64,000 nt of DNA. Source: the human T2T-CHM13v2.0 reference genome, Homo sapiens. Under the pieces are notes generated by a model. That model saw only the letters and a list, made by a program, of their open reading frames with translations. It had not been told where the DNA came from and did not search any database. Where the stretch lies: assembly GCF_009914755.1 (NCBI RefSeq), contig NC_060940.1; one strand, 5' to 3'. A program made the position numbers and the translations under genes. How positions within the stretch are numbered: position 1 is the stretch's first letter; the number at the start of each line of letters is the position of its first letter. This document shows, in pieces, positions 27,096-40,108 of the stretch.

Positions 27096-30000
27096 TAATG
27101 TGGGTCTTCACTATCTCAGACAAGTCATTCAGAAGAGGCTTAAAAGAATCTTGAGGAAAATACATGTGTGAGATTCAAAAAAGTCTCTCAAATTTGCTGT
27201 GCACCCCTTCTCCCAAAAATTGGGAAACACTAAACAAATGTAAGATGGATCTAGAACCGAATCCACTGCACAACACTCCCAGAAATTCCATGGGCTTAGT
27301 CTAATTGTGATCAGTGGCTGGGAAGCCCCAAAGCTTTTCAAAATAGCTCTAAGTCTCTATAAAAGCATCTTTTAATTCTTAGCACTATTAGAAGCCACAT
27401 TCTTTCCTTGTGACCAAAATAGAACCCTTGAAGATATAAAAAATTAAAATCTATAGAAAATGGCAGGTTATTTTTAGAACAAAACACTTTAGGAAAGTCT
27501 TCAGGCTAAATACAGTATGTACACCAATGATGTGTGTTCAACATATCCAATTCCACTTCTGCTTGCAAAATACTTTACAATCTCGCCAATGATCAGAAAA
27601 ACAGCAGAGAAATATATGCAGAGCAAAACAAGAAATCGCATTCATGCTCTTCTACACAATGATGAGTAAGCCATATTTTGAAAATCACAAATTTAAAAAT
27701 AGAGCTCCATAATTGTTGCCTTTTTTTTTTAAGACTTAACATTTCATGTCTATATGTTTTATTGTTTGCTTGCATAGGTAGTAAGAGCATGCTTTCTGAG
27801 TTATATGGAGGCCACGCACAATTGTTTTTACTTGGGGAAAAAAATGGTCATGCTCAAAATGCATCTGCAAAATACTTTGAAAGTTGATCAAAAGGCAGTG
27901 TGAGAGTGTTCATTTAAATAAAACCACTGGATTTCTCCCCAAACCATGTAGTAGAGTTTAACAATAATGTACCCTTTATGAAATGAAAGTTAAAGACAGC
28001 CTGCACAGTAACAGCTACTTTTTGTGTTCGTTTGTGATAGGTACTGGTTTGTCAGCAAAGTTTGCCTTTCTCAACTACAAATAATACAAAGTTCCACGCA
28101 CCTCCAGAATACGTGTTTTATTGAAACTGTGCTTATGACTTGCATACTATTTCAAAAATCCAACCCAGAAACACTAGTTAAATCTTTGTATCCAATAATT
28201 ATAATAACCTACATTGGAAACAATCACTTCGGCTGTTCAGTAATTTGTCCGAATGAAATGTAACGTCTGATGCCCCTCTATGTGAAATAAAGCACGCTTA
28301 TTTCAAATAAATGAGCTTTGTTCACAGCTCTTCTCTGCTCCATTTTCCCTAAAGGCTGCCACTCTTGGTCCCTTTACATACTGTTGCTATTTTTTTCATG
28401 ATAGTTATTTTAAGGGAATGACAATGTTCCCCTCAAATCCCACATCCGTCTCATACAAACATAAGATGACCCAATGTTAACGTAAAGTGACTGTGTAATG
28501 GATTTTCAACCCCTAAATAGTAGAGACAGCTCAGTCTGAAAAGGTGGATGGAAGAGTAAAATGTCTCTAAAGATGAAGGGCACTTTTGGTTTCCAGAAGG
28601 AACAGACTTGCTCAAGAGAACCACAAGCCTTAGCCGATTTGACCGGAATCCACGTGATCTCTTTTCCCAGGAGAACTGTCACTCCATTTAGGACACCATC
28701 ACATCCCTTGCTTGATGGGCTGTGCTCCCAGGGCTCCTCAGCTACAGCAAATCCCTGAAGCTTTCAGTTTTGCCTCTGTGCTCAAAGAAGGCCCTCCATA
28801 AACGTTTGCAGAATGAATGATGAAAACAAGATTGCAAAAGCGTGTCAGGCAGCCTCACAGATAATTACAGTATTTTAGCACACCACAAATACTCCCACAT
28901 CCGTTCCCACTGGTCCAGCATATTATTACTTACTTTCAGTTCAGCTGCTTTCAGGACGAGAAAATACAAAACGGATGGGAAATGGTCTAAGATGACTGGA
29001 GCCTAACGGTTTGAGTTTCCACATTATCTAAGGGATTACCAAGGCAAGATGTAGGGCTGTCTTAAGGAATGATACGGCCTCAGTGCAATGGATGTTTACA
29101 AGAAATCAAGAATAAAACTTTAAAAAGCAAACAAACATTACAGATACAACATTACTGTTGGTGATTATTTTGTGCCTACCAGGAGATGACTGCTCTAATC
29201 AGGCCCATCTAGATGTCAACGAGAAACCCAGGCCTATCATCCCTAGCAGATAATTTTTAACCCCAAAGCACATACACGCTCATTGTGCTAAATATTGCTG
29301 GGAAAATTAAAAAAAAAAAAAAAAAGAAAAGAAAGAAAGAAACCAACACCAAGTCCCCAACCCTACCAATGAACTAAATTGAATCAAGTAACTACTTTCC
29401 CACAAGATACTTCCCACCTCAAGGAGCACCTCCAAACTTTCGGGCCAAATAACCTTTCCTGTGGCCTAAAGTTGTACCTAGTAGTTGGAGATAATGAAAT
29501 TTTCACTGTTTACCAACTATGGAAATAAAATAGCTTCATGATGTCTAGACAATGCCATGATACTTCCTGATTTTTTCTATTAAACCTGAAACAAGGACTA
29601 AACTCCATGACATACAGTTTATAGACACTGACATTTTATTCCAGATCCCATGGAAAACCAAAGGGATTTGTAGAAACGTTTTTCCTTTTTTTTTTTAAGT
29701 CACTAGACATCGTGGAAAATCCATTCCTAGATAACTCAAGAATAAAAATATTTACCACTGTGAAAATTAAACTAGTTTCTATTAATGCTTGACTACAGCA
29801 AAAAAGAAGTGTTATTAAAAACCTTTGTCTAATCAAACTATAATTGTTTCAGAGATTCAGATAGGAGACTTCAAATGAGATCTACCTATTAAACAAAAAT
29901 GAGAGGTTTGAGTTAGACATTCAATTCCTGATATAGATGATCTCTTATTTGGTGCATCTTTTTCAGGAGATAAAAGCGATACAGAAAAACGAGAGCGGTG

Positions 30001-31880
30001 GCTACACACTGATGGGGCTGTGATGTGCTGGGCTGAACGCAATGACAGCATCGAAGGCAGCCAGTTGCCGCAGATGTACTGAGCAGATGAGAGTGGTACT
30101 GCTTTGAGAACCCACCAAAATCTGAACAGTAAAACCAGGACAGCGAGTGAAGAAGTGAGTACAGGGCTGAGTGCAATGGACAACAGGCTCACAGTCAATG
30201 AATCACATGGAGCACTGTGGTAACTTTCACAAGGCTAAATGTCTAAATCTTAAATACTGCCAAGGGTCTAAAATTCCAGCTACCCTCAACAGTAAGTGGT
30301 CTCCAGACTTGCAAGTTACCGGCTAATGCGCAAATTAGCAGCAAAATAAAGTTAAGTAACGTACTAAAAACTTTTCCCAAGAGATATTCTTGGGGGGAAA
30401 AAAGAAAAAAAAAGTAGTGCAGAATTCACAGCTATGCATGCATATGTGTTGTAGTTAATTCACACACAGCAATACTGAAAAGGGAGGTTATATATGGATC
30501 TGTGCACCAAGGGTTCAAGAAGAACTTGAAGAGTCTGACGAAAAACGCTAATATTTAAAAGCACATAAACTTAGCATGCTGTATTTACTGGCAAAGTGAC
30601 AAATGCTATTCAGAGAGAATCAAGACCTTCACTCTCTTGACATTTAAAAAAAAAAGAAAAGCTAAAAATTGAGCAGGAAAGTATTGCCAGGAGACCTTGA
30701 AAAAGCTTGCAAAACTATATACTTTGCTTATCTGTGAGGTTTTTTTTGGTGAGGTTCTCCTTTGTAAGAAATGCAATTTGCACTGACACGGCCAGATGGA
30801 ACACACTCCAAAACCTGCTTGTGAGTTCTGGGCATGAGATGAAATCTTAAGAACAAAGAAGAAATAATAAATGAGTTACTGAAAGGCAGCCCTAACAGAG
30901 ACTGACAGACAGGATCTGAAGTGCATATGTAACACTTGATCACACAACGCTTCAACATACCACCATTGGCTTTTGGCAGAAGGCAACTTCTTTCCTCTCC
31001 AAGCTACAAGATGAGGGAACATGAGCCCACAGACACAGGGCATCGTGGAGCTTCCCACCTCTAACGGAAAAATGCAACACCTGACAAGGAAAATGATGTC
31101 CAGTCTTTCACCCAGTTTAGAATCTAGAAGTTTTTTCCAGGAATCTGTCAAAGGTGTTAACTGCTCTACTACAGTGCAAAATTCCAAGAGCCTTAGCTAG
31201 TAATTTCAGAAGGAAAAAAAATTAAACGAGTGACTGGCTTTCTGGCTATCCAATCTGCCACTTCCTAGGACCTATCCCAAGAGTCAAGACAGGTTTTGGT
31301 GCACATGTCACCACAGATAGGAAGGTGGTGAAAGGCTTCATTTCTACCTCGAAAATGTCTATCTGTGGCAGTAGGAGAAATGACACAGTCACCCACATGG
31401 CACCTTCCTCTTTAATCCATTTACTGGTGTGCAACCATCCTAGACTAGCTGAGTATATACCTGAGAAACATTAGTGTTAAAATATTGCCCTTTACAAAGA
31501 CTGGTAGATGGGGCGAAAGTGCAGAAAGCAAGAGTTTTTCCCTCGATTTGTTTCGTTGTTAGAGTCACAGTTTTTAGAGCTCCTGGTGCCACCCACAATC
31601 CACAGTAAGGACAAGTCCTGCTCAGAAGAAACACGAGTCAGCTCCTTCCTCCTTCTACGCACTAATGGTAGCTTTTCTGGTTCACAGGTTTCAAAACCCT
31701 CATATCCAAAGAAAGTCATTAGAGTTCTCTAGAAAGAAATATGTACAATTGCTAAAGGGACCGTCCTGGGTATCGTCTACAATTATTCCAGTTAGCTTGG
31801 TGTCAATGTTTTGCCTATGGCTGTTATTTGGTTCAATGGCAGAATAAGGCGACGCTTTGAACAATTTGCAATTGAATTAG

Positions 31881-31915
31881 ACACACACACGCATACACTC
31901 ACACACACACACACA
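31881..31915. repeat. Imperfect (CA)n microsatellite, (UG)n on the mRNA
   Basis: acacacacacgcatacactcacacacacacacaca. Confidence 0.95.
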
Positions 31916-32031
31916 GTCGGGCACGTGACTCAAAAAAGTACAAAACAAAAGCACAGGAGGCTTTGGTGGGAGGGCAGGGGTTCTAAATAAATAAACATCT
32001 TTACAGATAAAACACTTCGATTGCAGAAATA

Positions 32032-33602
32032 TCACTGAGGTTTTTGAGAAGGCCGTGCAGAGGTTTGCATGCTAGAAGATAACTTTTTTGAGGATTTCTC
32101 TGCAGACTGCCTGCCACCCGGAGACGAGGGAACTCCAGAGTCTAGTTGGGAAGACTTGGATTTGCGAGCGGACAGCAGGGAATGTTTGGCAGAAGCAGGG
32201 TCCTTGGTGACAAGCTGCTCTTTTCCCGTTGTATTTGCATTTGGCTGCTGGGAAGCTGGAGGCTGGTGGCCTCTCTCTGCCTCGTCGTCCCCGGTGTTCT
32301 TACAGACAGACTTAACAGAGCTCCCACCAGCCTTTTTAGAGAGCAAGGCTGTCTTGCCAAGATCCGTCGAGCGCCGGGTTTCCTTCTGTCTCAAGGCTGA
32401 TTTGAAGAAGGACAGCCCCTTGTCCTCAGACTTGCTGTCCCTCTTCAAACCAGACTTGATGCTTGTGCTGGGGGAGCGCAGGCTGGCCATGGAGGAGCTC
32501 CGCACGTGCTTCCCGGCCCCCCTGCCCTCCCCTGCTCGGGCCTGGCTCACCCGAGGGGAATTGGGTTTGGAGGTGGAGGTGGCGCTGGCTCTGTCAGAAC
32601 CCAAGCTTTGTCTGGAGCCCTCTCTACTCAAGCTGTGGTCTGAAGTCCTGCTCTTCCCAGGTGGGAAAGGGCTCCTTGTGGCAGGGCCCGAGGCCTTTTT
32701 GGCAGATGTGGAGGAAGCAGTGTAGGTGAGGGCCGAGGCTGACTTCTGCTTCTGTGGCGAAGGAGATGACACGGAGTCCTGAGATTTCGGGGATGACTCC
32801 TTTTTGGGTTGGGCAGGGGCAGGGGATGAATGCCGTCCACTGCCCCTGGAAGAAGAATCTGCTTTGCTGCGGGAGCGGGAGGGCTTTAGAGAGACTTTTA
32901 CAGGAAGAGGAGAAGAAGGGGATGTACTTGAAAGGGATGACTCCTGGCTTGCCAAGGCTGGTCTCCCCTTCCGCAAGCTTTTCTCTGGCTCAGAAGTGCC
33001 TTTGGAACTGGGGGATCTCTTAGTTGTGCTCTCTGGTTTCTTTGCGAGTGAGCCTGGGTGGCTGGGGGCTTTCACCTCTTTGACTGGAGAGCTGTCTACG
33101 GAGTCGCTCTGATCCACATAAGCGATCTGATTATTGTTATCAAATGGACCAGAGAGCGGGGGCAGGCGGTCCCCTTGTGCTGAATGTTTGCTCTGTGTAT
33201 CTACGACACTGGAGTTCAATCTGCGGGTGTCCGATTCGTCTTTGAACACGCCTTCCATGACAGCCAGAGGGGCCCGGCCCACAGCCTTGTGCTCACGGAG
33301 ACTATGACTGTCGCTTGGTTCCTGGTAACTGCTAGAAAGGTTCCGCAAGCTACCAAAGCAAGAGATGGAGACCTTGTCATCTGCTGCCTCCCCAATCTTC
33401 TCCAAGGTGGAAGCAGAGCTGTGAATTGGCGAATCCCCTGAAAATCGGGATGGAGAATTGGAGCGCATCTGCAGCTTAGCAGACAGGGACCATGAAGGTC
33501 TCATGCAATTTTCATTGACGGCCAAGGGGCTGGTGACAGAAGATCTGGATGACAAACTCTGACGCTGGACACTTCTCACAAATGGTCGAGTTGAAAAGCC
33601 TC
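32032..33602 (-). CDS. USP31: USP31 last coding exon (exon 16 by recalled numbering): Ser/Pro/Lys-rich C-terminal tail (G)GFSTRPFVRS...SARPSQKPQ*
   Basis: Acceptor tgttcag|GA GGC; 1571 nt, phase 1; TGA at 32032-32034; recognised human USP31 C-terminus. Confidence 0.97.
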
Positions 33603-33861
33603 CTGAACACAGTAAAGAGAATACTGTTAAGTTAAGCCAATGAAGACATTCTAACAACACTGTAAGACACTGAAGGTGAAACGAAGGTAAGCCTCATGGG
33701 ATGAAAGGAGCATGACCTTCAGAGCCAGCCCATCTGGGATCAAGGAGTCCCTGTGTGGCTTTGACTTTTCTGAGCCCAGTTTCCTTATGTATAAAATAGG
33801 GACATTCTAACTCAGGATCATTCTAACACAGCAAACTTCTATTCGCCTCCTTGCCCTACAT

Positions 33862-34064
33862 CAGGGCTCGGTATAACTTTTCCTGTGAAGGCCTAGACAG
33901 CAGATGTTAGGCTTTGCAGGCCAAACATTCAACTCTGTCACTGCTGCATGAAAGCAGCCACAGGTGACACGTAAGAAAACGTGTCTGACTGCGTTCCAAA
34001 AATGTTTACAAAGAAAGGCAGTGGGCTGTATTTGGCCTATGGGGCTACAGTTTGCTGACCTCTG
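33862..34064. mobile_element. MER58A-like DNA transposon within MIR sequence
   Basis: cagggctcgg...ttaggctttgcaggcca...tttgctgacctctg termini. Confidence 0.75.
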
Positions 34065-34417
34065 GTCTAACTCACAGGGCAAGTGTGACGATTAAATACA
34101 ACCTTACAAGTCCTGTGCCCAACAGAGCACCTGGCATTCCATAGATGCTGTGAGGTATTGACCCAGCTTCATTACCTTCCTGAAGGTGATCTGGGGCTCA
34201 CAGAAATGAAGTCCTTGACCAAGATTACACAACTCATTAAAGGAAGAGCTAATACCAGAACCCAGAACCCCTTCCCGCACCACTCAATTCCACATGTAAG
34301 CTGGCCTGTCATTGTTGACTACAGATGTGGATCAACGCAAAGAGCTAAAAAGACTTGGATATCATATACTCCTAAATCCAGTAACTTAAAACTTCCAAAA
34401 AAATATTCATAATCAGA

Positions 34418-34712
<295 letters not shown>

Positions 34713-36030
34713 TACTCATAATCAGAACCACATACTCCTATTTGGTGTGGCTCAAAACGTCCTAAGAAAATATTCTAAATTAAATTTTCTACACAATGAT
34801 ACTACAGTTGTGATATTTACAAAATTCTGTCTTTATAGAGCCTAAGAAACAGGCTCTATTCTGTGGGCACCACCCAGCACCATTATACAATGATGATGCT
34901 TAAAAGGATACTGATTTCACCAACTGCACTGCTTAAAAATAGACTGAGGCAAACCTTATTGAGGCTTATCGTTAAAATGACAGTGAATTCTAAGTTTAAA
35001 GGCAGTACTGAAAATAACCTCTGCCTAAACAAGCAAAGGTTCACCAGTCAGTTTTCCATAAGATGTGAGGAGCCGGAAGGAGCTTAGGAATTGCAGTCCA
35101 ATGTTTTTATTTTACAAATAAAGAGGAAGAGGCAACAAGCCAGAAGAGGTGGCAGAGCTAGAGCTATGGTGCAGCTCTCTTCACCTGGCATTCTTCTTCC
35201 AGCCTATTGCAATTTTAACTCAATTTCATTTTCTCAGAATTATCCATCACCACTAGAAGCAGATTACAGTGATCGAAATGCTGGCTGCAGACTGAGACTT
35301 GTTGGCAGATTGAGTCACTATGCTCATTATAGAAGCTGCACTCACTCCTTCCAGCTCCCAGTACTGTGGCTGCCCGGTCCTTCCCACACCACCTGGGTCC
35401 CTGTCGAAACTAAGGTCTATCCTGCCATTACCCAAGCAGAAAGTGAAAGTTTAAAAAGAAAAAAAAAAAAAAGAGTTCAATTTTTATCGGACTTTTTACT
35501 ATCTCTATGCAAAGGCAACAACAGCTTTTGTTTTAGATGCTTCTGTACTAAAAAGAACATTCCACAGCTTCCTCCCTGGGGAGCAGCATGTTGGAAGGTG
35601 AGGCTCTCCTGGGGCCAAGAGAGCCAGGGGCCTCCATGCCAAGCCTGGAGCCGACTCCCCACCACGTGGCCTGGGCAAAGCACAATCTCTCTGAGCCTCT
35701 TCCAGCTATCCTGCTTTTTAAAACACTTTGGGAAAAAAAAAAAAAAAGTATACATTGGTATATAAAGCTCCAGCCTCCACAAGAGACCTTACAAGTGGAA
35801 AATAATGAAGTGGAAGGAGAAAGTACTGGGACACAGGAAAAGCAAATGACTCTGTTAATACAAAATGCTTTTTAGGATCATAACTCACAGCTACACAGCT
35901 CCACTCCCTGTAGCTCCCTTTGGGTTCTCCTACCATCTCCTTGGGACTTAGCTCCTAGGAAAAACACGAGGGACTCTGCTGTGTCTGTGAGTTACCATTC
36001 TGGAAATTTGTCACCAAAACCCACACCCAC

Positions 36031-36183
36031 CATCATCTTCACTCCTTTCTCCAGTCATCTCCACGGACTCAGAGAGCGACGCCAGGGAGGTGCGTCTGGA
36101 GGAAGCTGCAGAGGTCACGCTGGCTGGCTTGCTGCCCGGGAGCCGGCTCACCCAGTGTTCACACAGGGAAGAACTTGTGGAGC
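36031..36183 (-). CDS. USP31: USP31 exon 15: (G)STSSSLCEHWVSRLPGSK...TGERSEDD(G)
   Basis: ttctctgcag|GC ... GAT G|gtgggt; 153 nt, phase 1-1. Confidence 0.95.
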
Positions 36184-37707
36184 CTGCAGAGAAGAAAACA
36201 GGCATAGAGGTCAGGCTGGGGTCCCTCGGCCAGCCCTGAGCCACACACACCCTCATGAAGGTGTTACGAGCTGAGCTGGGGGGCGTTGATGTCCTCACCC
36301 CGAGGTCAGCATCAATTCCCAGACCCTGTGTCATGTCGTGCCTGTCCGAATATCCCCAGTTAAGATGAAAAGATGTAAGGCAGACTTCCTGACGCATGAA
36401 ATTTGTAGTAATAAAATGCAAGGATAGGGATGAATACTTTATAATGTAAGTCTGAGTCTAAAGAATTGGCAAGAGAATGGAATAGACAAGCACTCATACA
36501 TTCATTCTACAAATATTTATGAAGCATCTACATGCCAGGCACTGTTCTAAGCAATTGCAGTAATATTTCTTACACAAAGAGAAGAGAGGATGTGGCAGTA
36601 TACTCTTTTTCTCTCAGCCTGTTTTAAGGAAATTTGTCACCATTTTCATAATATTAATAATACACACACACAGCTATATGTCAATCTGCCCTGTCTGTTC
36701 CAGGGACGCCCTTAAATATTTATTAGGGCAAGAGAAATTGCTCTTGAAACAGAGTACATGAAGCAGCATGACTGTCTCAAGTAGACCTCAAGAAGGTGTC
36801 ATTTCTGAGCACATCTGAGACTGGTGGAAGAGCACTGGAGTTCCCGCTGTGTTAACTGAGTGAGTGGCTGTACACTGGGTGGGCTTGGCCCCCAGCAGGG
36901 CGTCATTCTGCTTGAGAGATGCCTTGTTTTCACTGCTTTGAACTCACCCCCTGCAAGCTTCAAGAGAAGCAAGGATTCATAGCCCCTAACCTGATTGCAC
37001 ATCACCACATTCCAATCCTCTGTCACGCTCTCTTGAAGTCAAACTCTGCATTCAGAAACGTGTGTCCACTTGTTTGGATTATGTGTGGCTGCATTCATAT
37101 TGTGTGTGGGTACTGGTCCCTGCATTTATTAAACACAACAGGCTGGATGTCATCCGGCTAAACCCAAGCCACCTAATATTATCACAGCCATCAATCCTTC
37201 TCCTAACAGAATAGTCCAATCTTCTCACTGGAAAAGCAGACTATTTCTAATGGTCCTTTACCCTTTACAAAATGTTTTAACACACATTTATCTAACTGGA
37301 TGCTTACGATGACCCCATGAGGTAGGCATTATTATTACACCTGTATTATAGATGATTGCTATGTGGCCCAGATGGGACAGGCTCCAGGATAACCCCAGGA
37401 CAGCGGGTAGTATGCCACGCTGCTTTTCAGCTCACCCATGCATTTATCCACAAGAACACATCATGAGCTTTCTTTGCGCCAGGTCCAACCCACTGTCCCC
37501 AGTGAACTCCACTGGGCCACAGGTGCTGTCACATTCCTCCCCAACTTCCTTGACTGCAGTCATTTTAGTTTCCAGATTAAATGGAAACGTAAGGATTCAT
37601 CTGATCAAACTGACAGAGTCATGAGAGCCTCCAGAGAGGTCCTCTAGACCATTCATTACAATCTTTTGCTCTGGAAAAAACTGCCCAAGAACAAGAGTGG
37701 ACCTCAC

Positions 37708-37866
37708 CTGCCACCGAGCTGTTGGCTGACCATGACGGGATGGCTGTCCGCCTCTGGTAGAAGAGGATGTATGCTGTCTGCGTGCAGACCTCATCTTCTG
37801 ACAGCTGCTGCACATCGCTGTCATCGAAGCAGTACCAGAGGCCGTCCACAGAGTTCTTACAGTACG
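37708..37866 (-). CDS. USP31: USP31 exon 14: (A)YCKNSVDGLWYCFDDSDV...AYILFYQRR...SSVA(G); end of the USP domain
   Basis: ctttggcag|CG ... GCA G|gtgagg; 159 nt; WxxFDD and AYILFY USP motifs. Confidence 0.97.
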
Positions 37867-38118
37867 CTGCCAAAGAGAGCCCGCCATCAGCACCAGGGGA
37901 GGCTGCACCAGCCACTTCATGCGACCCACAGACACCATCTCTTTGGCTCATCTAATTAACTCAAGAACGTTTTAAGGCTGCGTATAGCAACACAGAAAGA
38001 GATTAAAAAAAAATTCTAAATTCTGTATCACACTCGAGCAAAATATCTTGAGAAATTCCAAACCATTCCAAGTAGATGCAGTTCCAGTTCATCTTAGAAA
38101 ACACATACTTATTTAAAC

Positions 38119-38334
38119 CAATGGGTCTCAACCAGGGAACTGTGTCTGTGGCGGGGGGAGTGGGATTTGGCAATGAATGGAGATGTTTTTGATTGTCACA
38201 ACTCAAGGGAGAGGTGCTACTGGCATCTAGTGGGTAGAGGCCACGGATGCTGCTAAACATTCTATAATGCACAGGACAGCCCCCTGCAAGACAAAACTGT
38301 CCGACCAAAATGGTGCCAGGGTGAAGAAACCCTG
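38119..38334. mobile_element. MER20 DNA transposon
   Basis: gctactggcatctagtgggtagaggccacggatgctgctaaacat...aatgcacaggacagcccc. Confidence 0.85.
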
Positions 38335-39790
38335 AGTTCAGTGTGTTGCAACATTTTAGTGTCTATTAGAAATAGCAAATAATATGAATAGAAATAACAA
38401 TATAATGATATGATAGCAGATAAATATAATATGTAACACTTATTATGTGCCAAGCATCTCATTTAATCCTCAGATTTGTTCTCTTATTACTCCCAATTTC
38501 CAGAGGTTGAAAAAGATTAATCTGCTTGCCCAAGGTCGTGCAGCTGGTGAAAGGCAGGAGCCCAGCTCATTTCAGGCTTATCAAGTCCTTGGCTTGCACT
38601 TGAAGCCCTATCCTGCCCTGCTTCCCTCAGGGAGGAGCACAAACCAGGCTCCATGGAAGTTCCCTGGCAGACTGAGAACACATGAGCTCATGAACGCAGG
38701 AGGACTTCTTTCAGTCCAAATTCTAAGCCTGAGCTAGAAATAAAGAACATTCAAGTAGCAGCAAAAACAGACGAAAACTTAAGAGTTCACAAACCCAGTC
38801 ATCCTGCAAGGATATATCAAAGGGTGTTATAAGCTTGATCCAGAAAAGTACATTATGATCACATTTTCTAAAAATATGCATTTATTTGGGGTGAGAATAA
38901 ACGAGTGCTAGAATATTTAGCTGAATGCTGGAACAGACTCAGGATGGCCCCAGGGATGGGGCAGATAAGGTCCTGAGAGGCACCAGGAGTGACTCCTTCA
39001 ATGGGCCATAACCATTTCCGCAAGTATGGAGACTTAAGGGATAAAAGAGACGCGGGTGAGAAAGGGCTACACCAGACAAGTCCCCCAAAATGAGAGCAGA
39101 ATAAGGACCTATGAACGGAGGCAGGGAAGTTATTTGCAGCTGAGAACTTGCCGGAACCAGAAGGGAAAGAACTTAAAATGTAAGCAGCAAATGGAGCTCT
39201 AAGGAAACAGCAATTGGCCAGTGGCGTCAGGTCAGGCTTGATGCACACATGACCCAGCTGGGGAGTAGCTGCTCTTCTGGAGTGGTGAGTGGGAGCAGAG
39301 CTGTGAGGGACATGCCCAAGAGAAGGAGACAGAACAGCCTTGCCTCCTTTCAGCCTGCTCCTCTTCAGAATGGCCTCTTCTCAGTCACAGTGTGGAAACT
39401 GAGACAGCACAGCAAACTCATTAATTACAAAATAATTCTACTTGCTTTTCTTCCTAGAACTACTTTCTGAAGTATTCTCTAGGCCAGTGCTACTAGAATT
39501 ATGGCTCACGGACTGACACGAGCCCACACGAGAGAAGCACCAAAAAGGAGAAAAGCATTTAAAAAACTTTTATAGCAATCTGATACTGCCGTGATATTTT
39601 TATTGTATTCTTACAAATGCACTAGTTGATAAAGGATTGGAAATTTTAAAGTAGAAAAAACCAAGTTCTTCATCACAGATGGTGTGAGAGGCACTGTTCT
39701 AGAATCCTTACACAATCGATTATATCATTATACCATCGATTATAGCTAGAAACAGTGCAAAATAAAGATTACATCAAAATAAACATTCCA

Positions 39791-40080
39791 GGCCGGCCAT
39801 GGTGGCTTATGCCTACAATCCCAACACTTTGTGAGGCTGAGGCAGAGGACTGCTTGAGATATGGAGTTCGAGACCAGTCTGGACAACATAGTATAGGCCC
39901 TGACTCTACAAAAAAATTTAAAAATTAGGCAAGTGTGGTGGCGCACACCTGTAGTCCCAGCTACTTGGGAAGCTGAGGTAGGAGGATCTTGAGCCCGGGA
40001 GGCTGGGGCTGCAGTGAGCCACGATCACACACTGCACTCCAGCCTGGGTGACAAAGTGAGACCCTGTCTCAAAACATAAA
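39791..40080 (+). mobile_element. Alu (AluJ-like)
   Basis: Dimeric Alu; TSD aaaataaacattcca on both sides. Confidence 0.92.
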
Positions 40081-40108
40081 ATAAACATTCCAAATGAAAA
40101 CTTAAAAA

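Larger units (their letters stand above)
25395..32031 (-). other. USP31: USP31 3'UTR (~6.6 kb)
   Basis: Follows TGA at 32032-32034; nearly repeat-free, AU-rich, ends at AATAAA. Confidence 0.75.

Noticed and set aside
29093-29100. tgtttaca as a miR-30 site
   Set aside because: Wrong strand relative to the USP31 mRNA
32069-33112. Plus-strand ORFs (218 aa and others) opposite the last USP31 exon
   Set aside because: Shadow ORFs of a GC-richer coding exon; no independent homology or splice structure
33603-33660. N-terminal 19 aa of the 542-aa ORF
   Set aside because: Intronic read-through upstream of the acceptor at 33603-33604; not a real start
35091-35765. 224-aa plus-strand ORF in intron 15
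   Set aside because: TTG start, crosses A-runs, no recognisable domain; consistent with chance
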